From Chthoniobacteraceae bacterium (GTDB lineage: Bacteria; Verrucomicrobiota; Verrucomicrobiia; Chthoniobacterales; Chthoniobacteraceae): a stretch of DNA of 64,000 nucleotides. The notes beneath the pieces are model-generated. The model was given only the letters and a program-made list of their open reading frames with translations. It ran no database searches and had not been told where the DNA came from. Position numbers and translations under genes: made by a program. Location of the stretch: NCBI GenBank assembly GCA_037190965.1, contig JBBCKI010000024.1, positions 21,005 through 85,004 on the forward strand. Direction: 5' to 3'. Positions 26,712-36,272 of this stretch are shown here, in pieces; the first letter of the stretch is position 1; each line of letters opens with the position of its first letter.

Positions 26712-28028
26712 ATGCATGAAGTGTTCAAGTCGACTGATATATTACCCCTCCAACTTGGGCTTTCGCCTGCCGAAGTGGCGGCTCGTTGCACGGGGCTTCC
26801 GGGTCTGGTTTTCTTCGATACGGCATTGAAGCCCTCCTCCGGGATTTTAGAAGGGAGGGCACAAGAATCTCTTTCGCTCATCGCCGCACGGCCATCGGAA
26901 ATTTTTACGGGACGGACGGAGCAGGATTGGGCCGATCTTCGCACAAAGCTTCGTGCGAAGATCGACGCGCGGCAGGTTTCGGGAAACTGCGACGGCTCCA
27001 TTCCGACGGGCTTCGCGGCGGGCTGGGTGGAGTACGACGGGAGCTTCTCCTTCGGGTTTTACGATGGGCTGCTGGCCTACCGGCACCAAACCGGCGAATG
27101 GTTTTCAGTGGGCGATCCCGGGCTGCCCGTTTATTGGCCGAAACCGTCCCGGGCGAAGGAACCAAGGCCAGGCGGGGTAGCGCTTTGTTTTTCCCCCGCT
27201 CTGCGGCGCGAGGAGTTCATCGCCAAGGTGCTCCGGGCGCAAGAGTACATTGCCGGCGGCGACATCTATCAGGTGAATCTGACGCACCGGTTTTCATCCC
27301 CTTGGGAACCGGGCGGCGATCTCTTTGGGTTCTACACCGCGCTTCGGCAATCCTCCCCCGCGCCGTATGCCGCGCTGCTTTCCCTTAACGGAAGAGACGT
27401 GCTCTCCTCTTCACCGGAGCTTTTCCTGAAGATCAGCGGACGCCGGATCCGCACCCGCCCCATCAAGGGAACGCGGCCCCGCCGTCACGACCCTCTGGCG
27501 GATGAAAAGAGCGCTCGCGAGTTGGTGACATCGGCGAAGGAAGCCGCCGAACTGGTGATGATCACCGACCTGGAAAGGAACGACCTCGGGCAGGTGTGCA
27601 AGTTCGGCTCCGTCCGAGTAAGCGAGATGCTGCATCTGGAGCGGTACGAGCAGGTGTTTCATCTCGTTTCGACGGTGGAAGGGGAACTTCGCCCGGAGGT
27701 GGACGCCGTGAGCGCCTTGCAGGCTTGCTTCCCGGGGGGCTCCATCACCGGGGCTCCCAAAAAGCGGGCCAGGGAGATTATCGCGGAGTTGGAAACGGTG
27801 CCGCGCGGCCTTTACACCGGAGCCATCGGTTATTTCGGGTTCAACGGGGAGAGCCAGTTTAACATCGCCATCCGGACGGTGGTGATCGAAGAGGGGGAAG
27901 CCCACTTCCATGTGGGGGCGGGCATCGTGGCCGATTCGCAACCCGCCCAGGAATGGCAGGAGACGCTCGACAAGGCGGCGGGCATTTTGCTGGCGGCGGA
28001 ACGATTTCGCGCCGCCAAAGATATTTAA
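26712..28028 (+). CDS. pabB: Aminodeoxychorismate synthase component I
   Basis: GDIYQVNL, SSSPELF, TRPIKGTRPR, MITDLERNDLG, FPGGSITGAPK, NIAIRT; PIKGT favours PabB over TrpE. Confidence 0.88.
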   Translation: MHEVFKSTDILPLQLGLSPAEVAARCTGLPGLVFFDTALKPSSGILEGRAQESLSLIAARPSEIFTGRTEQDWADLRTKLRAKIDARQVSGNCDGSIPTGFAAGWVEYDGSFSFGFYDGLLAYRHQTGEWFSVGDPGLPVYWPKPSRAKEPRPGGVALCFSPALRREEFIAKVLRAQEYIAGGDIYQVNLTHRFSSPWEPGGDLFGFYTALRQSSPAPYAALLSLNGRDVLSSSPELFLKISGRRIRTRPIKGTRPRRHDPLADEKSARELVTSAKEAAELVMITDLERNDLGQVCKFGSVRVSEMLHLERYEQVFHLVSTVEGELRPEVDAVSALQACFPGGSITGAPKKRAREIIAELETVPRGLYTGAIGYFGFNGESQFNIAIRTVVIEEGEAHFHVGAGIVADSQPAQEWQETLDKAAGILLAAERFRAAKDI

Positions 28029-28124
28029 CCTGAAAGCCGAAGTTGCTCGCGGCGGCCTTGCGCGCTCCAACATCGGAATTCAGGTTTGGTGGATTCCCTG
28101 CTTGCGCCGAGGTAAAGACCCGGC

Positions 28125-28913
28125 TTGATTGCCCGGGTCATGCGTTTTCTCTCCTTTATTTCCATTCTCCTGCCTTTGGTGGCGGCGGTGGCTGCGGCCA
28201 ATGCGGGCCAAGGCGCGATTGGCACCGAAGTCCAGCAGCTCCTTGTGAGTATCGCTCCGGGGTGGGACTCCTCCACGGGCAAGATGATCGCCCTGGAGCG
28301 CAGCGCCAAGGGCGAGTGGAAGCCCGCGCTGAAGCCCGTGCCGGTGCTGTTCGGAAAGAACGGCCTCGCCTGGGGGCGGGGCGTTCTGGGGACCAACGAA
28401 CCGGGCCGAAAGAAAGTGGAGCGCGATTCGCGGGCCCCCGCCGGGGTGTTCCGCATCGGGAAGATTTACACCCACGATAAAACGCTTCCTTCCGGGGCGG
28501 ATTACCCATACCGCACGATCACCGAGGCCGATGCCTGGATCGACGACCCGACGCTCCCCAATTATAATCGTCATGTGGTGGTGGACCCCAAGAATCCGCC
28601 GGTCTGGTTTGAAAAGGAAAAGATGCGGCACAACGATTTCGCTTACCGCTGGCTTGTGGAGATCCGCCATAACGCCGATCCCGCCCCTGTAGCCGGCATG
28701 GGAAGCGCCATCTTCTTCCACATCCGGCGTGGGGAAACCCGGCCGACGGCTGGCTGCACGACGATGGCAGAGAAGGATATCGTCTCCATGATCCGTTGGC
28801 TCGATGCCGGGAAGAACCCGCACTACGCGCTTCTGCCATGGGGCGAGTATCAGAAAAAGTGGGAGACTTGGGGGTTGCCAACCCCGGCCATTATTTCGAA
28901 ACTGATCCCGTAA
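28125..28913 (+). CDS. L,D-transpeptidase (YkuD-like) family protein
   Basis: Signal peptide; GKNGLAWGRG, RAPAGVF, GSAIFFH...PTAGC catalytic His/Cys. Confidence 0.85.
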   Translation: MIARVMRFLSFISILLPLVAAVAAANAGQGAIGTEVQQLLVSIAPGWDSSTGKMIALERSAKGEWKPALKPVPVLFGKNGLAWGRGVLGTNEPGRKKVERDSRAPAGVFRIGKIYTHDKTLPSGADYPYRTITEADAWIDDPTLPNYNRHVVVDPKNPPVWFEKEKMRHNDFAYRWLVEIRHNADPAPVAGMGSAIFFHIRRGETRPTAGCTTMAEKDIVSMIRWLDAGKNPHYALLPWGEYQKKWETWGLPTPAIISKLIP

Positions 28914-29053
28914 TGTTAGAATCAGCCGACTTTTGGGGGCGGGTGGCCCAGATTATCTTCGCCACCATTTTCAGCGTGGCCCTCGTGTGGGTCGTCATCC
29001 GGATCTGGAACGCGGACGACAATCCCGATAACAAGCCCGACGAGAAAAAATAA
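28913..29053 (+). CDS. Small single-TM protein
   Basis: MLESADFWGRVAQIIFATIFSVALVWVVIRIW...; start overlaps the preceding stop (TAATG). Confidence 0.55.
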   Translation: MLESADFWGRVAQIIFATIFSVALVWVVIRIWNADDNPDNKPDEKK

Positions 29054-29125
29054 TCGCACAGGCGCAGGACCCCCCCGCGAACCTTTCCTTTGCAATCGCC
29101 GTGGGGAGGTGTATCAGGTTAGGTT

Positions 29126-29422
29126 ATGAATATCGTCTCGAGTATCTTCAATCTGGGCGGGCCCGATATGATCATCATTCTGTTGATCGTGTTGCTGCTT
29201 TTCGGTGCAAAGCGCCTTCCCGAGCTCGCTCGCGGTCTTGGGCAGGCCATGAATGAATTCACCAAAGCCAAGGACGATATGCACCGTCAGATTTCCCGCG
29301 CGGATGAACCGCCCGTGCTGCAACCCCGGGATCTGCAGGAGCACAGGCCGCAGGTCCAGGCAGCGCCAGCCGAAAACGTGGCTTCCGCGACGCCGCCGCC
29401 CCAGGATAAGCCTCAGGTTTAA
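29126..29422 (+). CDS. tatA: Twin-arginine translocase TatA/TatE subunit
   Basis: IIILLIVLLLFGAKRLPELARGLGQAMNEF. Confidence 0.95.
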   Translation: MNIVSSIFNLGGPDMIIILLIVLLLFGAKRLPELARGLGQAMNEFTKAKDDMHRQISRADEPPVLQPRDLQEHRPQVQAAPAENVASATPPPQDKPQV

Positions 29423-29504
29423 GCCTTGGGTTAACCCCTTTCCCGCCCGCGTTTTTGTTTTCTTCGGCTCGCGTTTTTCTAAAAGCGCGGGCCGTTTTAT
29501 TTCG

Positions 29505-30383
29505 ATGAAATCCCTCCTCCTCGTTGGCCTGCTGGCCCTTTGGACGCCGGGCGCGTTTGGCAGGGACGTCGTTTTTGCAGGGTATAATGTCCAGAATTAT
29601 GCGCCGCTGCTGGAGGTCGGGCGCAAAAAGCCGGGGAAATCCGCCCAGGCGGCGGATGCCGTCATCCAGGTCGTCCGGGAGATCGGTCCCGATATTCTGG
29701 GGATCGTCGAAATGGGCCCTCCTCGCCAGTTTGAGGAATTTCGCAGCCGTCTGACTGCGGCGGGGCTCGGGTACACCGACTTTGAGTTCCTGGAAGCCGC
29801 CGATGCCGACCGGCATCTTGCGCTTGTAAGCCGTTTCCCGATTGTGGCCCGCCAATCGATCGCCGATCTCTCCTTCGACGCCAACGGTTCGCGAGAGAAA
29901 GTGAAGCGGGGCATTCTCGACGTCACGGTCGCGATTACGGATCGATACCATTTGCGCGTTCTCGGGGTGCATCTGAAATCCAAGCTCGAGGTGCGCGAGG
30001 GTGAGGAGGTGCTGCGTCGCAATGAGGCGTATTTGTTGCGCAAACACATCGACCGCATTCTGGAGACCGACCCGCAAATCCATCTGCTGGTGTTCGGCGA
30101 CTTCAACGACACCAAAGACGAAGCCACCGTGCGCGAAGTGGCGGGAATCCGGGGTGGACCGGGCGCCCTGACCGCCCTGCCCCTGGAAGACAGCCACGGG
30201 GACCGCTGGACGCACTATTGGAAAGTCAAGGATGTCTACGCCCGTATCGACTACCTCTTCGTCAACAAAGCGCTCTCGCCGGCCGTCGATCGCTCCCGCT
30301 GCTATCTTTACCGCCAACCGATCTGGAAGGACGCCAGCGACCATCGCCCTCTCGTGGCGACTTTGAAAACCGTCGACCCATGA
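29505..30383 (+). CDS. Secreted endonuclease/exonuclease/phosphatase family protein
   Basis: YNVQNY, DILGIVE, VHLKSK, GDFND, RIDYLF, ASDHRP. Confidence 0.9.
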   Translation: MKSLLLVGLLALWTPGAFGRDVVFAGYNVQNYAPLLEVGRKKPGKSAQAADAVIQVVREIGPDILGIVEMGPPRQFEEFRSRLTAAGLGYTDFEFLEAADADRHLALVSRFPIVARQSIADLSFDANGSREKVKRGILDVTVAITDRYHLRVLGVHLKSKLEVREGEEVLRRNEAYLLRKHIDRILETDPQIHLLVFGDFNDTKDEATVREVAGIRGGPGALTALPLEDSHGDRWTHYWKVKDVYARIDYLFVNKALSPAVDRSRCYLYRQPIWKDASDHRPLVATLKTVDP

Positions 30384-31441
30384 CTCTCTCCGCCTATCGC
30401 GGTCTCCTCGCCGCCATCACCTCCTGTTTTATTCCGCTGGGGCTTGCGCTTTCGCCCCTGAAAGCGGCCGAATCCCCCGCCGATGCCGACTGGAAAGCGT
30501 TGATGTCGCTCGATTCCGGGCCGAAGGAACCTACCACCACCCGTGAACAGGCCCGTACGGCGGCTCTTGCATTCTTGGCCAAACAGGAAAGCGCGCTTCG
30601 CAAGTTTCTGCGTGATCACCCGGCCGATTCCCGCGCCGTGGACGCCCGGTTGCGGCTCGCGCACCTGCTGGCAGTGAAGGGCGATTTTTCCGAAACGCCC
30701 GCCCTCTACGACGCAGCCCTGCGGTTGCTCGACAGCATGGAGGAAGCCGTCCCGGAGAATCGCCGTGCCGATGTCGCCTTTGCCAAGATCTCCCTCACCA
30801 TGCGGGGGGTGACCCTGCCCACGGACGCCGACCGGGAAGCGATTACCAGCCGGATGCAATCGTTTCGCAAGCAGTTCCCCAACGACCGGCGCATTGCAGG
30901 GTTGATGGCCGAGGTCGCCACCCTCTACGACAGCCAGCCAAGGCGCAAACAGACGATGCTTGAGGAGGCTTTGAAAGCCGCGCGAACCGACGAGATCCGG
31001 GCGAGGATTCACGACGATCTTAAACGCCTGGCCCTGCTTGGGACGCCGGTCGCCATCCAGGGGACAACTGCGGAAGGGAGCGCTGTCGACAGCGAGCAGC
31101 ATCGCGGCAAAGTGGTGCTCGTCTACTTCTTCGCCAGTTGGTCGGCTCCCAGCATCGCGGCCTTGGAGGAAATCCATTATCTGCGGAAGACCTTTTCCGA
31201 ACGGGAGGTCGCCGTCATCGGCGTCAGCCTCGACCCGACCCCAGAGGCGCTTCCAATGCTGAAGACCGGTTCCTGGCCCGTAATCTGGGACGGCAAGGGC
31301 TGGAGCGGCCTGCTGGTAAGAAGTCTGGGCATCAACGCGCTCCCTACTCTATGGATTCTCGATAGGAAAGGGAAACTGCGGACCCTTAATGCAAAGACCG
31401 AGAGCGAAGGGCTGATCCGCAGTTTGCTGAAGGAAATTTAG
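30380..31441 (+). CDS. TlpA/redoxin-domain protein with TPR-like N-terminus; CxxC replaced by SAPS
   Basis: GKVVLVYFFASWSAPS, GVSLD, GINALPTLWILDRKG. Confidence 0.8.
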   Translation: MTLSAYRGLLAAITSCFIPLGLALSPLKAAESPADADWKALMSLDSGPKEPTTTREQARTAALAFLAKQESALRKFLRDHPADSRAVDARLRLAHLLAVKGDFSETPALYDAALRLLDSMEEAVPENRRADVAFAKISLTMRGVTLPTDADREAITSRMQSFRKQFPNDRRIAGLMAEVATLYDSQPRRKQTMLEEALKAARTDEIRARIHDDLKRLALLGTPVAIQGTTAEGSAVDSEQHRGKVVLVYFFASWSAPSIAALEEIHYLRKTFSEREVAVIGVSLDPTPEALPMLKTGSWPVIWDGKGWSGLLVRSLGINALPTLWILDRKGKLRTLNAKTESEGLIRSLLKEI

Positions 31442-31689
31442 GCTCGCAAATATCGGGTGCGTGACGAAAAGCCCGGTAGACCGCTCTCGCCGAGAGCGCG
31501 GGATGGGGGAAGAGTGCCGTTTGGCGCCCATCCCCGCAGGACGGGCTGCTGGTGTTGGGATGCGACTCTTGTGAGTCCACGGGAGCCGAACCCCGCGCTC
31601 GACGGCGCGAGCGGTCTACCGGTGCTGCCGCACCATTCTCGTTTGGTAACTTTTCATTACAGCGAAGAACCTTCCGTTCGCTCCAACAT

Positions 31690-33246
31690 CTAAAACGCCG
31701 GACCGCGAACGGCTCTTCCCGGTCGAATGCCCGTTGGTCGGCCATTCGCCAGCACCGGCCTGCCGTTGACGAACACCCAGTCCATTCCTTCCGCAAAGCG
31801 AGGCTCTTCGCCGTAGGCTCCGTGGGCCTTGATCCGGGAGAGATCGAACAAGGCGAGATCCGCGAAAAATCCTTCCCCGATCTGGCCGCGATGTTTGAGG
31901 TGGAAGCGACGGGCCGGATGCCACGCCAAATGGCGCACCATCTCTTCCAGTGGCATCACGCCACGATCGCGGACGTATTCGAGAAACCGGGCAAAGGTGC
32001 TGAACCCCCGCGGGTGCGGCCGCGAGCCGGTGTAAATCCCGTCGCTTCCGCCAACGTGCGCTGGGTGGCGCATCAAGGCGAGCATATCCTCTTCGGTACG
32101 ATTGGAGTGGTGGGCGACGCATGCCACTTTTAGCCGGGAACGAACCAGTAGATCACAAATAAATTCCGGGAGCGGCTGGCTCCGTTTCGCGGCGGCGTCG
32201 GGCAGGCGTAGTCCTTCCAGCTCGCGGTCTTCCTCACAATCGACATAAGCCAATTGCAGGGATGCCAAAGGATAAGCGGGGTTGGCGAACCAGGAGGTCA
32301 ACTTTTCGCGGACCCTCGAATCGCCCAGACGCCGTAAGGTCTCTTCAGTCCCGCCCTCTTCCATCCACCGGGGCAGGGCCACCATGCTCAGGATCGTGCA
32401 TCCCGCCAGGAACGGGTAGGTATCGAAGGTCATATCGGACCCTCCCGCGCGCGCTTCGTCAATAAGCCTCGCCAGCAATGGCGCGGGCCCGTTGTAGTGG
32501 GAGATATGCACCGGCATACCGGCGGCTTGCCCGATGTCAGCCGTTTCCGCGACAGCTTCAGCGAGCGCCGCCCCGTATGACCGGATGTGCGAGACATAGA
32601 TGCCGCCAAGTTCGCCCACCGGCTTGCAGAGTTGGCACAACTCCTCCGTGCCCGAATAATGGCAGGGGATATAGTCGAGACCGGTTGAAATCCCGATGGC
32701 GCCCTCTCTCATTCCCTGCGTGGCGATGGCCTGCATCCGGGCCATCTCATCCCGGGTCGGAGGGCGGGTTTCGAACCCCATCACTTCAAGGCGGATCGTC
32801 CCTTGCGGCAGGAGATAAGCCACATTGAGGGCGACTTGCTCCTCAAAACAGCGCAGATACTCCGCCACCGATTCCCAGGAGCAATTCAGGGCGGGGTCTC
32901 CATTGACTCCCGCGAAGTATTGTCGCAGGTGTTTCTGCCAGGCCGGGGAAGAGGGGGCATACGAGATGCCGTCCTGCCCGATGACGTGCGAAGTCACGCC
33001 TTGAAAAATGCCGGCCGGAAAATCGGGATCGGCAAGCAACGCGAGGTCGCTATGCACATGGGCATCGACAAAGCCGGGAGTAAGAAAGCGACCCTCCGCC
33101 TCCACAACCTGCGCGGCAGACGCCGGGGCAATCGTGCCGATTTCCGCAATCCGCTCCCCGGCAATCGCTACATCCGCAAAATACCACGGAGCGCCCGTCC
33201 CATCGACCACGCGGGCGTTTTTGACCAGAATGTCATATTTTTTCAT
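31690..33246 (-). CDS. N-acyl-D-amino-acid deacylase (D-aminoacylase) family
   Basis: PGFVDAHVHSD, GVTSHVIGQDG, STGLDYIP, HIRS, GSDG, HPRGFSTF. Confidence 0.92.
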   Translation of the reverse strand: MKKYDILVKNARVVDGTGAPWYFADVAIAGERIAEIGTIAPASAAQVVEAEGRFLTPGFVDAHVHSDLALLADPDFPAGIFQGVTSHVIGQDGISYAPSSPAWQKHLRQYFAGVNGDPALNCSWESVAEYLRCFEEQVALNVAYLLPQGTIRLEVMGFETRPPTRDEMARMQAIATQGMREGAIGISTGLDYIPCHYSGTEELCQLCKPVGELGGIYVSHIRSYGAALAEAVAETADIGQAAGMPVHISHYNGPAPLLARLIDEARAGGSDMTFDTYPFLAGCTILSMVALPRWMEEGGTEETLRRLGDSRVREKLTSWFANPAYPLASLQLAYVDCEEDRELEGLRLPDAAAKRSQPLPEFICDLLVRSRLKVACVAHHSNRTEEDMLALMRHPAHVGGSDGIYTGSRPHPRGFSTFARFLEYVRDRGVMPLEEMVRHLAWHPARRFHLKHRGQIGEGFFADLALFDLSRIKAHGAYGEEPRFAEGMDWVFVNGRPVLANGRPTGIRPGRAVRGPAF

Positions 33247-33904
33247 TACGGGAGGAAGAGCGGCGGGTAACCGGTGCTTCGCCTCCGATCACTTCAGATT
33301 CGCCTCGTTTGAGGTGATCTTCCAACAAGCGGGCTGCGAGGTCGATATCTCCTTTTCCAAGCGCCGCGGAAATAGCGTTGTGCTCCTTGGCTGCAAGGTC
33401 GAAGTCGTCGAGCGGCATGGCGTTGCGCCCCACGGTCACATGCAAGAGCGGGAGGTTTGAAGATTCGTAAAGGCGGATCAGACGCGAATTTTGCGAAACA
33501 GCCACAATGGCGCGGTGGAACCGCAGGTCCGCTTCCCGCGCGCCGTCGTAATACCCTTTCTTGACCAGACTTGCGTAATCGGCGGCCGCCGTTTTGATGG
33601 CGTGGAGGGCCTTGCGCGGGATATCTTTCCTCATGAACCGGAGCGCACCGATTTCGAGAACGGCCCTCAAATGGCTGATCTCCCGAACCTCTTCGGGAGT
33701 CATCTTCGTGACGCGGTATTTCCCACGATTCCGGGTCACAAGCCCCTCACCGTGAAGTCGTTTAAGGCCTTCGCGAATGGCAAAGCGGCCAAGCTCCAGG
33801 CGGGTGGACCACTCCACCTCGGCCAGATGATCCCCGGGCATCATGCCGGCGCTCAAAATCAACTCGCGTAATCTCTGGTAAGCCGTCTCGGATTGGGATG
33901 CCAT
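33233..33904 (-). CDS. GntR/FadR (FCD) transcriptional regulator
   Basis: AYQRLRELIL...IREGLKRLHGEGLV; FCD domain DLRFHRAIV, EHNAI, HL. Confidence 0.9.
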   Translation of the reverse strand: MASQSETAYQRLRELILSAGMMPGDHLAEVEWSTRLELGRFAIREGLKRLHGEGLVTRNRGKYRVTKMTPEEVREISHLRAVLEIGALRFMRKDIPRKALHAIKTAAADYASLVKKGYYDGAREADLRFHRAIVAVSQNSRLIRLYESSNLPLLHVTVGRNAMPLDDFDLAAKEHNAISAALGKGDIDLAARLLEDHLKRGESEVIGGEAPVTRRSSSRNEKI

Positions 33905-33910
33905 GTCTTT

Positions 33911-33946
33911 AAAATGTTGACATTTTGAGGCATGAATCGTCAACAT
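33911..33946. promoter_or_regulatory. GntR operator candidate in the divergent promoter
   Basis: Palindrome AAAATGT-TG-ACATTTT (33911-33926); ATGTTGAC...GTCAACAT inverted pair (33914-33946). Confidence 0.6.
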
Positions 33947-34008
33947 CTTTCAAAGCTACAGCCACGGACATCCCCGCGTGCCCATTCGTGCCTATCCATG
34001 ACTTTTCT

Positions 34009-35334
34009 ATGATTTCTTACTCCGACTCCCAATCCATCATCACACAAAGCGAACGCTTCATTGCCGGAGGCGTGGTTTCGCTCAATCGCAAGACATCGCC
34101 ACATCTCGTTTTTGTCCGGGCCGAAGGCTCCCGCCTTGTCGATGCCGATGGTCGCACTTATGTGGACTACCACGCGGCGTTTGCCCCTCATCTGCTCGGT
34201 CATCATCATCCCGAAGTCACGGAAGCCGTGCATGCCGCCATTGATTGCGGTTGGTCGCTGATGGGCAGCGGGGCCACCCCGTGGGAAGGCAGGCTGGCGG
34301 AAATGCTTTGCCGTAGCGTCCCCAGTCTCGAGCGGGTCCAGATCCTCAACACCGGCAGCGAAGCCTCCAACCTGGCCATCCGGCTCTCCCGCGCCCATAC
34401 CGGGCGCGAGGATATCGTCACCACGCTCGGAGGCTACAACGGCTGGCATGATGAAGTGGGCCGCGCCGTGATGCCGCCGCTTTCCGAGATCGGCCCACGG
34501 ATCTCGCCGGGCGAATATCCGTTTTTGCCCATCTCGGCGGGGATTCCCGCCAGCACGCAACGGCGGATTCATACGGTGAATTTCAATGATCTCGAGTCGG
34601 TCGAATACGTCTTTCGCAATCATTCCATCGCCTGCCTGATCACGGAGCCGGTCCTGCAAAATATCGGCGTTGTGCTGCCGAAGCCCGGCTATCTCGAAGG
34701 GCTGCGAGCCTTGTGCGATCGCTATGGCGTCGTGCTCATCTTCGACGAAGTCAAAACGGGCTTCCGTTCGGCGCTGGGCGGCTACCAGTCGGTGGCGGGT
34801 GTGAGCCCCGACCTGTCGCTCTTTGGAAAGGCCGTGGCCAATGGCTACCCGCTCGGCGTGCTGGGCGGCCGGGCCGAGATCATGGATCTCTTTGGCGATC
34901 CCGACCCGAAGAAACGGGTCCTCGTGGCGGGCACTTACAACGGGCACCCGGTCAACGTCGCCGCGGCGATCGCCACGCTCGAAATCCTGAGCCGCGATGG
35001 CGGCGCGATCTACACCCGGATCGAGGCAAAATCCGCACGCCTTCACAATGGACTCGAACAGCTCTTCCGGAATGCCGGTCGTGTAGCAACCATCGGGCGC
35101 AACGCTTCCGCCTTATGCCCTTATTTCATGGATCATGCCCCATCGGACTGGCATGACGCCCTGACGCATCACGATTTCGAGTTCGACCGGCGCTTTCGCC
35201 TGGGCCTCATTGAGGAAGGCATCTACTGCTTCCCGCTCCCCTGCAAACAGCTCTCCGTCAGCGCCGTGCATACCGACGCGGAGATTGAAAGCACGCTCGA
35301 AGTCGCGCAGAAGGTCTTGAATCGACTTTCGTGA
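34009..35334 (+). CDS. Class III PLP aminotransferase (glutamate-1-semialdehyde aminomutase-like)
   Basis: LLGH, NTGSEA, YNGWHD, LIFDEVKTGFR, FGKAVANG, GTYNGHP. Confidence 0.9.
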   Translation: MISYSDSQSIITQSERFIAGGVVSLNRKTSPHLVFVRAEGSRLVDADGRTYVDYHAAFAPHLLGHHHPEVTEAVHAAIDCGWSLMGSGATPWEGRLAEMLCRSVPSLERVQILNTGSEASNLAIRLSRAHTGREDIVTTLGGYNGWHDEVGRAVMPPLSEIGPRISPGEYPFLPISAGIPASTQRRIHTVNFNDLESVEYVFRNHSIACLITEPVLQNIGVVLPKPGYLEGLRALCDRYGVVLIFDEVKTGFRSALGGYQSVAGVSPDLSLFGKAVANGYPLGVLGGRAEIMDLFGDPDPKKRVLVAGTYNGHPVNVAAAIATLEILSRDGGAIYTRIEAKSARLHNGLEQLFRNAGRVATIGRNASALCPYFMDHAPSDWHDALTHHDFEFDRRFRLGLIEEGIYCFPLPCKQLSVSAVHTDAEIESTLEVAQKVLNRLS

Positions 35335-35357
35335 CGTTTTCAAGGAGGCCTTGAATC

Positions 35358-36197
35358 ATGATCATCGACATCCATGCCCACTATTGGCCCGATGCGTCGG
35401 CCTTTACCGCCGATACGATGCTTCAGGCGGAAAGAGCGAGAGGCGGTCCCGTGAATCTGGTCACCGATTACGCCCACTACTGGGCCAACGCGCCCGGAGA
35501 TACGAAGGTTATTTTGTTCGGAGGGAAGGCGAGATTGAGCGGATTCTGGCAGGAGGATGATTGCATCGCACGGATGGTGGCGTCAGACCCGGATCGCTAT
35601 ATTGGATTTCTTACCGTCGATCTCACCCAGCCGGGATGGCGGGAAGACCTGGAGCGCGGCCACCGGGAGCTGAAGCTTCGCGGCGTGAAGCTCCTCCCGA
35701 TGTATGCCGGCTTCTACCCGAACGACCGGCGATTTGATGATTTCTGGAGTTACATCAGCCGTCACGGCCTGCCGGTACTCCTGCACACCGGCACCACCTT
35801 CATTTCGCAAGCCCCGCTCGATTGTACGCTCCCCAGGCATCTCGATGAGGTTGCGATCCGCTTTCCGGAAGCGCGGATCATCATGGCTCACGCGGGCCAT
35901 CCTTACGAAGGCGAAGCCATCGTCGTCGCGCGCAAGCACCCCAATGTCTATATCGACATCAGCGCCTTGCATTATCGGCCCTGGCAGTTTTTCCACACGT
36001 TGATGCTGGTGACAGACTACAAGGTCTGGCCCAAAGTCCTGTTCGGAACGGACTATCCATTCACCACCGTCAACGAAACGCTTGGCGGATTGGAACGTCT
36101 TTGCAAAACGGAAATAGGGGGGTTCCAAATTCCCCGGGATGAGGTGGAGGCGATGATCCACCGCGATTCAATAAAGCTGCTGTTTCCGCCTTGCTGA
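35358..36197 (+). CDS. Amidohydrolase_2 family protein
   Basis: IDIHAH, GVKL, LLHTG, IMAHAGHP, DISA, LFGTDYP. Confidence 0.9.
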   Translation: MIIDIHAHYWPDASAFTADTMLQAERARGGPVNLVTDYAHYWANAPGDTKVILFGGKARLSGFWQEDDCIARMVASDPDRYIGFLTVDLTQPGWREDLERGHRELKLRGVKLLPMYAGFYPNDRRFDDFWSYISRHGLPVLLHTGTTFISQAPLDCTLPRHLDEVAIRFPEARIIMAHAGHPYEGEAIVVARKHPNVYIDISALHYRPWQFFHTLMLVTDYKVWPKVLFGTDYPFTTVNETLGGLERLCKTEIGGFQIPRDEVEAMIHRDSIKLLFPPC

Positions 36198-36272
36198 GAT
36201 TGTCGGCATAAAGAGGCGGATCGGCGACCTTGCGCAATTCCACTTGCTCCAGCAAAATAGCCGCTCCACTCC

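Noticed and set aside
34009..35334. Naming this gene hemL
   Set aside because: The family fits, but the catabolic context and divergent motifs argue for a paralog
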